Virus record (IMG/VR): IMGVR_UViG_3300024317_000004
Location: 1-64,000 of that record
DNA: 64,000 nucleotides
From: a virus
Reading direction: 5' to 3' (one strand)
In this document: piece after piece, positions 58,364 to 64,000 of the stretch
Layout of the letters: every line of letters begins with the position of its first letter
Numbering within the stretch: the stretch's first letter is position 1
Position numbers and translations under genes: made by a program
Notes under the pieces: model-generated
Seen by the model: only the letters and a program-made list of their open reading frames with translations
The model's database searches: none
What the model was told of the DNA's origin: nothing

Positions 58364-58624
58364 TTGAAGCCCTCACTCGCCGAAGCCGAGGCCTTCCGCC
58401 GCGTGATCGAAACCGCTCGAGCGCTTGTTCGGTGTGCAGACGAGTTTCTGCCGGAGTCCCCCGAAGCCTGTCAGGAGTATCTCGAGGCCCACGAAAGCGC
58501 GCTCGAAACCTTCGGCAAGGTCTGCGAGGAGCAGGACGAAACGCGGCGGCTGGCGATCCTCAAGGAAGCCAGTGACCTTGCCGAAAGGCAGCGGTCATGG
58601 GAAGCGTGGATGCACAACTCCTAG
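58364..58624 (+). CDS. Hypothetical protein
   Basis: Helical ORF coupled to a small upstream ORF (58194-58367). Confidence 0.4.
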   Translation: MKPSLAEAEAFRRVIETARALVRCADEFLPESPEACQEYLEAHESALETFGKVCEEQDETRRLAILKEASDLAERQRSWEAWMHNS

Positions 58625-58650
58625 AAGCGGTCTGTGGGACCGGTTCGGTG

Positions 58651-58705
58651 GCTAGTAAAGGATCGTTTACTAGCGCATTCTGTTGGTAAAGGAAGCTTTA
58701 CTAGC
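58651..58705. repeat. Two tandem 24-bp palindromic sites
   Basis: GCTAGTAAA-GGATCG-TTTACTAGC (58651-58674) and GTTGGTAAA-GGAAGC-TTTACTAGC (58682-58705). Confidence 0.7.
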
Positions 58706-58796
58706 CTCGATGCCACGCCATATTCAACGAAACGGCCCGATCGTTTAATAAGCCCGCTGCCCTCGGTGGCTTGTTCAAGCGAGGCGAAACACGCGC

Positions 58797-59594
58797 ATGG
58801 AAAAGTGGAGTGAACCGAAAGGGCCACCACCGCGATGGCTCGACCTTGCCGACGAAGTCACGGCCGACGAGCCGAAGCCGCCTCGTGACCAGTTCGTCGT
58901 GGCGTGCATGGAGGCGTGCTTGCGACTCGATTGCAACCCGATGCAAGCGGCAGGCGTCACGGCCAACGTGATGAACGAGAGTGCGTGGGGGCAGTCGTAT
59001 CGCGGCAATAACTTGGGTGGCTGGAAGATCTACGAGCACTACGCGATCGCGTATCGCAAGGCTCATGGCAAAGGACCACGCTGGTGGCGCGGTCCCGGCA
59101 ACAAAGCGCCTGGGGCCACACCGAAAGACCTCAAAGGGGGCGATCCGCCGTGGTGCTTCTACAGAGCGTTCGAGTCCATCGAGGACTTTCTCGCGAGCTG
59201 GCTCAAGACGTTCGTTCCAGAGCCGCCCCTTGGTACGCCCTCTCGCGAGAGCAAAGGCGATCCCGCAACGGGTGATTACCGACTTGCGGGTGAACGATTT
59301 TGGGGCCGTCGGGCCAATTGGTTCGATGCCATGGTTGCGGCCGGGTACAAGGGCTCGCGCACCGAAGCGAGTCCCGAGCAAGCGATTGCCGAACATCACA
59401 GTTTGGTGCAGTCCGCCTTAACTCGCTGGGGGCAATCACGTTTAGGCGTGACGGCTGACGGAGCCTGGGGGCCCAAAAGCAAAACGGCCTGCGCCGCGTT
59501 TCAGGCTTGGCACGGACTGTCGGTCACGAACATTCTAGACGACGAGACGCTGGTTGCTTTGGTGCACAGCAAACAACAGCCCCAACCAGAGTGA
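58797..59594 (+). CDS. Endolysin: lysozyme-like (GH73-type) domain plus peptidoglycan-binding domain
   Basis: ESAWG....NNL.G.K...YRAF.S...AGY; LGV.ADG.WGP.S......FQ..HGL. Confidence 0.8.
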   Translation: MEKWSEPKGPPPRWLDLADEVTADEPKPPRDQFVVACMEACLRLDCNPMQAAGVTANVMNESAWGQSYRGNNLGGWKIYEHYAIAYRKAHGKGPRWWRGPGNKAPGATPKDLKGGDPPWCFYRAFESIEDFLASWLKTFVPEPPLGTPSRESKGDPATGDYRLAGERFWGRRANWFDAMVAAGYKGSRTEASPEQAIAEHHSLVQSALTRWGQSRLGVTADGAWGPKSKTACAAFQAWHGLSVTNILDDETLVALVHSKQQPQPE

Positions 59595-59605
59595 CCTGGT
59601 TGGGG
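59580..59605. terminator. Hairpin at the convergence of the late operon and the array transcript
   Basis: CCCCAACCAG-agtgac-CTGGTTGGGG. Confidence 0.55.
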
Positions 59606-60374
59606 CCATTCCCTGTCCCTTCCGCTCCTTTGCAGTCCTGCCCCATCCGCTCCATTGCCATCGGTTGCAATGAGGCCCGTTCCTCTCGTAGCCCCTCCCG
59701 TCCTATCCATTCCACTCGGTTGCTGTCGCTTGCTCTCCCCTCCGTCCCCCTGCTTTGCCCGAGCCTTCGCCCGGCTCCGATGCAGCACGCTGCACCCGAG
59801 TCGAGCCACCGGCGAACCGGCGAACTCGGGGCCTTTGCGATCCTTTCCCCTGCTGTCCTGACCTGTCCGCATCCCATCGGCTCCCCTCCCCTCCCCAACG
59901 CTCCCCATTAGCGCTCGGGACGAGGCCCGGATTGCTCCGGGCGCCGTTGGGCTCCACTCCTGTCCGGTTCACTCCGTTGCCGCCCTTGCCTCTGCTTTCC
60001 GCTCCCCTCTGCCCCAATGCAGTCCGTCGTTTCCAACGCACTCGCTTGAATGCGCTCGAAACGGCGCTCGCGCGAACGCGATGCCGGCCATTCCGTTCCT
60101 CCCCGGCCCAATCATGTCATTCCCAGGCCGCTCCCATGCTCTGCAGTCGGCCCCCCTCCATCGCGTTCCGCTTCACCCCAGTACACATCCACTCCTCTCC
60201 CCTCTCCAAAGCACCTGAATGCTCTCGAGACGGGACCCGATCTCTCGGGACACGTCGCCTTTCCTCTGCGGTCCGTTCACTTGCTCTCCGGTGCCGTCCC
60301 ATCACTTCCTTTGCAGCCAACTCTCGTCCTGCCCACTCCCCGCTTTTCCTCTCCGCTCCACCCCTCTGCCGTCC
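59606..60374 (-). ncRNA. Array of about five 5-nt-periodic tracts (GGA/GCA + NN)n separated by hairpin linkers; putative guide RNA array
   Basis: Plus-strand NNTCC/NNTGC phase is held over 59609-59803, 59834-59904, 59946-60035, 60090-60205 and 60260-60374. Linkers carry stems; three share GCnCTCGrrACG. Confidence 0.75.
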
Positions 60375-60389
60375 GAAGTCTAAAAAGAA

Positions 60390-60986
60390 TTATGCGGCTT
60401 TCTTTGCTAGGTCGCCGTCCCAGCAAACGACCGCGAAAATCCCGAACGGACCACCACGCTGAACTCTGTAGTCGCCGAGACCGTTTCCGATGCCGGCCTC
60501 TTCGAGCAAGAGCCTGATAGTTGCTTCATCCAAGATCTCCGTACGCAACCGAAGATTGAACTTAGCGCTCCATTCGTCGAGCCGCGCACGATGTCTCATG
60601 ACGCGGCCTTTTGTTGCGGGAATTACGACCGCTCGGCTGTCAACCTCGAAGTCCTTTGCGCGAGTTTTTCGGTCCTTGAGATACAAGGGCACCATGTCTT
60701 CGCAAACCACGCACGCAGCGGGCACGAGATACTTTAAGGACTTGCGAGATCCTCGCTGTTTGTGTCCAGCGCCCATTTCGGCGATTGCGCGGCTAATCCC
60801 AGTACCTGCGATGCATAGTCCGCCCTTAGAGTCGCGATGCGTGCCTTTCTCGGCAATGTCTCGCGGCAACTCTGTGGTGATCTGCACGCGACGTGTTGAT
60901 TTTCCACTGTCCGCCTGCGCCTGATCGCCAAACTTGTGAATCAGCAACGGCGAAACGCCCTCGATCCAGACCTCAATCGTTTTCAC
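60390..60986 (-). CDS. Stand-alone RAMP/Cas7-like (RRM-fold) protein, putative RNA-guided effector
   Basis: N-terminal strand IEVWIEGVSPLLIH and C-terminal Gly-rich loop AGIGNGLGDYRVQRGGPFG; GGAGG RBS; flanked by pentamer arrays. Confidence 0.65.
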   Translation of the reverse strand: MKTIEVWIEGVSPLLIHKFGDQAQADSGKSTRRVQITTELPRDIAEKGTHRDSKGGLCIAGTGISRAIAEMGAGHKQRGSRKSLKYLVPAACVVCEDMVPLYLKDRKTRAKDFEVDSRAVVIPATKGRVMRHRARLDEWSAKFNLRLRTEILDEATIRLLLEEAGIGNGLGDYRVQRGGPFGIFAVVCWDGDLAKKAA

Positions 60987-61000
60987 TTTGCCTCCATTAA

Positions 61001-61074
61001 GCCCTTTCGGGCCCCTTCCATTCCCCCGCTCTCCATCCCCACCACTTGCTCTCCTTCGTGTTCCAGTCCAACGC
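61001..61074 (-). ncRNA. Leader pentamer tract (13 units) ending in a GCCC-GAAA-GGGC hairpin
   Basis: Minus strand GCGTT GGACT GGAAC ACGAA GGAGA GCAAG TGGTG GGGAT GGAGA GCGGG GGAAT GGAAG GGGCC. Confidence 0.7.
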
Positions 61075-61078
61075 GCAC

Positions 61079-61106
61079 ACTATACGTACTTTGTACGTAC
61101 AAGCAA
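61079..61106 (-). promoter_or_regulatory. Promoter of the RAMP-like/array unit with palindromic operator
   Basis: TTGCTT-16 nt-TATAGT; spacer holds TACGTAC-TTT-GTACGTA. Confidence 0.7.
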
Positions 61107-61107
61107 G

Positions 61108-61272
61108 TTACTTCTTTACTTCTCGTAGCAATCGTCTTGCTTCGAACAACGCAATGCGTCTGACGAACGACGACACATCTTCACCTGATAATTCTGCGGC
61201 TTTCGCGAGATCTCGCTTTTCCGCTTCCGTGAGACGCAACTCGAGACGCGCCGACCGACCGGACTCAACCAT
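61108..61272 (-). CDS. Ribbon-helix-helix (DUF1778-like) regulator, 54 aa, absent from the ORF track
   Basis: MVESGRSARLELRLTEAEKRDLAKAAELSGEDVSSFVRRIALFEARRLLREVKK. Confidence 0.75.
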   Translation of the reverse strand: MVESGRSARLELRLTEAEKRDLAKAAELSGEDVSSFVRRIALFEARRLLREVKK

Positions 61273-61971
61273 AGGCCAATCATACGGCTACCATACGTAC
61301 ATGGCCACGGCGATATCACGGAAGGTTACAGAAGCACGTAAAACGACGGCGCGGCTCAAGGAGCTTGGCTACAAGCTAGGGCAGTGGGTAGACGCCCCGC
61401 CAGCCGACGTGCCATAGTTCGACCGTTCGGCACGACGTTGTCCGTGACGTGTTGAGCTCCTGAGACGGCCTGGTCACCCGCCAGGCCGTTTTGCTTTTGC
61501 GCTAGACATCCCGCCGTCACGCTGGCACAGTCCCCATCAGAAGCGTTTCTCGCAAGAGGAACTACCGCACGATTCGCCCTGGCCCTCACCGGCTAGGGCG
61601 TTTTGCTATTTCTGGCACGCCGTGCGACGGTCCATCGTACACTTTCACACGTAGATGGGACTGATACGAGGCCTTGGCATGGTGCTGAGGCCTTTTGTTT
61701 TTGTGGCACACTGGAGCCAAGGGATCCGCTGCTCTGGATTATCCCGGGGATAGCAGGTCGCTTACCTAAGGCACGCCGGTCCGTGGCACAGAACCGCGGG
61801 CCGGGGTGTTATGCTTGCGTCAATCCGTTTGCCTGGGCGATGGGCCCGCGCACGTAACAGGCGTAGGGCCACACGGAGTGGGATCCGCGTTACGCGGGTC
61901 GTGCACAGACCCGGAGGCGAAAGCAGCCGGGTGCTTGTGCATGCGAGTTTGCGGGGAGTTTGAGGGAGCCT

Positions 61972-62850
61972 TCACATCTCGCCCAACGCTCGTGCCATGG
62001 CCTCGGCGACGCGTTTCCAGTCGTATCCCTGCACGTGAATCGTCACGCTCGCTTCGACGGTCGAGCCGTACGTAATCTGGATCTCTTGCCGCCGCTCAGT
62101 CGCATCGACGGTAACGACGCGACCGTTGATCAGTGCGCTGTACCGTCCCCCGTTCAGATCTTCCCATACGACATCGCTCATAGTTTTTGTGTCCCCTTCC
62201 CCTTCCAACAACCTCGTTTGCAGTTCTGCCGTCTCGGCATACATGAGGCATTTGCCGGTAAACTTACCATTGCTATAGATTGGCAAATCGTGGAATGGGT
62301 ATTGTTCCAAGGATCGCCTTACCATCTCATTGGTCTCGGCAGCATTGAGGTACTGTCTCGTCTTATTCAACCACACGTACTCGTCATCCGTAGTTGCCGA
62401 TGGGCCAGAAACAAAAGCATACGCTTGTCCGTAGGCTATAGCGTTAACGAGGACGCTGCTTACGCCAAACATTTTGCCAATCTTCTTCGTGGATAGGCTG
62501 TGTGTTCTGTAGATTTTTCTAATCTCTCTTACCTCATCGTCACTCAGCTTCCTGTATTGCCTCCCCTTCTCGATCATGTCCTTTGTGTTGGCTTTAGAGT
62601 CGCCTACGAATAGGTGGCCCCAGTTGCAGCAGGGCGGGTTGTCGCATGAATGGCAGATGAACATTCCGTCGGGAATAGGACCAACAGCGAGTTCCCACGC
62701 GGCCCTGTGAGCCGCGTATTGTTTCTTGCGATCTTCCCAGTAAACGCGGCCGTACCCGTTTCTATTTGTAGGCCCAGTCCACACGATGCACCCGCTATCG
62801 TTGTCGTGGGTGCACTTCGCATAAAGATCGCTGATCGTTTTCAGCATCAT
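61972..62850 (-). CDS. HNH homing endonuclease with HTH and extra C-terminal region
   Basis: CIVWTG...GYG...AHR.AW....G.IP.G..ICH.CDNP.CCN..HL..G....N..D...KGR. Confidence 0.9.
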   Translation of the reverse strand: MMLKTISDLYAKCTHDNDSGCIVWTGPTNRNGYGRVYWEDRKKQYAAHRAAWELAVGPIPDGMFICHSCDNPPCCNWGHLFVGDSKANTKDMIEKGRQYRKLSDDEVREIRKIYRTHSLSTKKIGKMFGVSSVLVNAIAYGQAYAFVSGPSATTDDEYVWLNKTRQYLNAAETNEMVRRSLEQYPFHDLPIYSNGKFTGKCLMYAETAELQTRLLEGEGDTKTMSDVVWEDLNGGRYSALINGRVVTVDATERRQEIQITYGSTVEASVTIHVQGYDWKRVAEAMARALGEM

Positions 62851-62858
62851 CTTGGCCT

Positions 62859-63110
62859 CTAACTTCCTGCCCGTTTCTTTGATTTCTTCTCCTGACCCCA
62901 TCCTGGCTTGCGCAACGTAAGCCCCTCGGCAAGCTCGGGCTGTTCTTGCACCCACGTCTGCAGAGTGCGCCTGCCGATCCCGAGCCTCTCGGCGGCTTTG
63001 GGCACGCTGCCTTCGGCCTTCAGCGCCCTGCTGATCTTCAGCCTGAACGCCTCGGGGTCCGTTGCTCGCAGGGCTAGTAAAGCGTGCGTGGCGGGATGGG
63101 TGATAGCCAT
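62859..63110 (-). CDS. Fis-type HTH regulator
   Basis: ALKAEGSVPKAAERLGIGRRTLQTW. Confidence 0.8.
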   Translation of the reverse strand: MAITHPATHALLALRATDPEAFRLKISRALKAEGSVPKAAERLGIGRRTLQTWVQEQPELAEGLTLRKPGWGQEKKSKKRAGS

Positions 63111-63116
63111 TCCGCT

Positions 63117-63208
63117 ATTATGATGCCGTCACGGCACGTACGCAAGCCTACACTTTACCACGAAAACAAAACCGTTACCTCGACATGATGCCGTCACGGC
63201 ACCATACT
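63117..63208. promoter_or_regulatory. Divergent promoter pair with identical 18-bp operators
   Basis: ATGATGCCGTCACGGCAC at 63120-63137 and 63185-63202. Leftward TTGCGT-17-CATAAT; rightward TCGACA-17-CATACT. Confidence 0.8.
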
Positions 63209-63215
63209 GTTTTGT

Positions 63216-63515
63216 ATGGACACAGCGACGATGGCAACCGGCACCGAGCAGTGGGAAATCGAGCATGACGAACTCGTTCAGGTCTTCGAAGAGATCGCCA
63301 ACGAACACGCTGCCCACTGGGAGAGCATTGTGGACGGCCTCGCTTCCGACGAGATCCCTCCCCCGCCCGCCTCGCCCTGGCCCTCGCTCGAAGCTGCCAT
63401 GCGTGAGTGCGAGTACGTCGCCCTGCTGGCCGTCGCGGTCACCCCGAGCGAGCGGTACGTGGTGCGTGGCGACGATGTCACCTGCACGGTCCGACCGGCC
63501 GCGAGGGCATCATGA
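63216..63515 (+). CDS. Acidic hypothetical protein
   Basis: First ORF after the rightward promoter; ATGA-coupled to the next ORF. Confidence 0.55.
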   Translation: MDTATMATGTEQWEIEHDELVQVFEEIANEHAAHWESIVDGLASDEIPPPPASPWPSLEAAMRECEYVALLAVAVTPSERYVVRGDDVTCTVRPAARAS

Positions 63516-64000
63516 GTTACGAAGCAGCCCCCGCTACCGCCCTTGTCGCAACCCACTGCTGTCTCTGCGGGCGCCCGCTGGTCGATGCAGAATCCGTCGA
63601 GTGTGGCGTTGGCCCGGTCTGCCGTCGCAAGTACGGCTACGTGGACGGCCCAGACTGTAACCGCACCGAGGCAAACCGGCTGGTGTACGAAATTGCGGCT
63701 GCCCCGGCTGCCAATGATGTGCCCGGCAAAGTTACAGCCATTCGCCTGCTTGGGTACTACAAGCTCGCTGAGAGGCTAACCGAGCGGCTCCTATCGAACA
63801 TGGGCACAGTCCTGGTTACCTATGAAGCCGACACGATGGTGATTGAATCCGACGGGCTCACAGATGACGGTTTTAAGGTCCTGCTAGCCATTCTGCGCTC
63901 GGTGCCGGGTCGTCGTTGGGATGCTAACCGCCGGGTCAATACCGTTCCCGTGAGCCAGAAGCGCGCACTGTGGGATGCGCTCCGCAGCAAGATGCCGGCG
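63512..64000 (+). CDS. DUF6011-like Zn-finger protein with HARP-like domain (runs off the window)
   Basis: CCLCGRPLVDAESVECGVGPVC; later LRSVPGRRWD.....VP; frame open to the window end. Confidence 0.65.
   Translation, partial: MSYEAAPATALVATHCCLCGRPLVDAESVECGVGPVCRRKYGYVDGPDCNRTEANRLVYEIAAAPAANDVPGKVTAIRLLGYYKLAERLTERLLSNMGTVLVTYEADTMVIESDGLTDDGFKVLLAILRSVPGRRWDANRRVNTVPVSQKRALWDALRSKMPA

Noticed and set aside
59606-60374. Canonical CRISPR array or simple microsatellite
   Set aside because: No identical 25-40-bp repeats and no cas1/2. Units vary freely at two positions, unlike slippage repeats.
59501-60517. Many overlapping ORFs (up to 235 aa) across the pyrimidine-rich region
   Set aside because: Low-complexity Pro/Ser/Arg or Gly/Glu/Arg translations produced by the 5-nt periodicity; no RBS or domain motifs.
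1-64000. Integrase, att sites or host flanks
   Set aside because: No recombinase motifs or host housekeeping genes were seen, so prophage versus free phage cannot be decided from this window.

Overview
The whole window is a GC-rich temperate-type tailed phage or prophage with a contractile tail (myovirus). DAG-rich and Cys-rich lipoproteins weakly suggest a myxobacterial host. Layout: leftward early operon (1-7050) with an intein-containing single-strand annealing protein; lambda-like immunity switch (7090-9510: ImmA-like protease, XRE, cI/cro, twin promoters with palindromic operators); rightward early/replication operon (HNH, SF2 helicase, DNA methylase, RusA, initiator, DnaC-like loader); an antisense Panacea toxin-antitoxin pair; tRNA-Tyr; head and tail genes (21.1-51 kb) with a -1 frameshifted chaperone and duplicated fibre genes; a late accessory block (lipoproteins, HExxH peptidases, orphan receiver domain, GH9 hydrolase, GT-B glycosyltransferase, endolysin); and a second divergent early region at the right end. 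No integrase is visible. The standout locus is 59580-61272: a stand-alone RAMP/Cas7-like gene flanked by non-coding tracts of 5-nt period (semi-constant GGA/GCA plus a variable dinucleotide) separated by hairpins. The variable dinucleotides of two tracts, read in order, match codon positions 1-2 of the RAMP-like gene itself. This suggests an RNA-guided system with a gapped, wobble-skipping recognition code. All calls come from reading motifs by eye; no database search was run.
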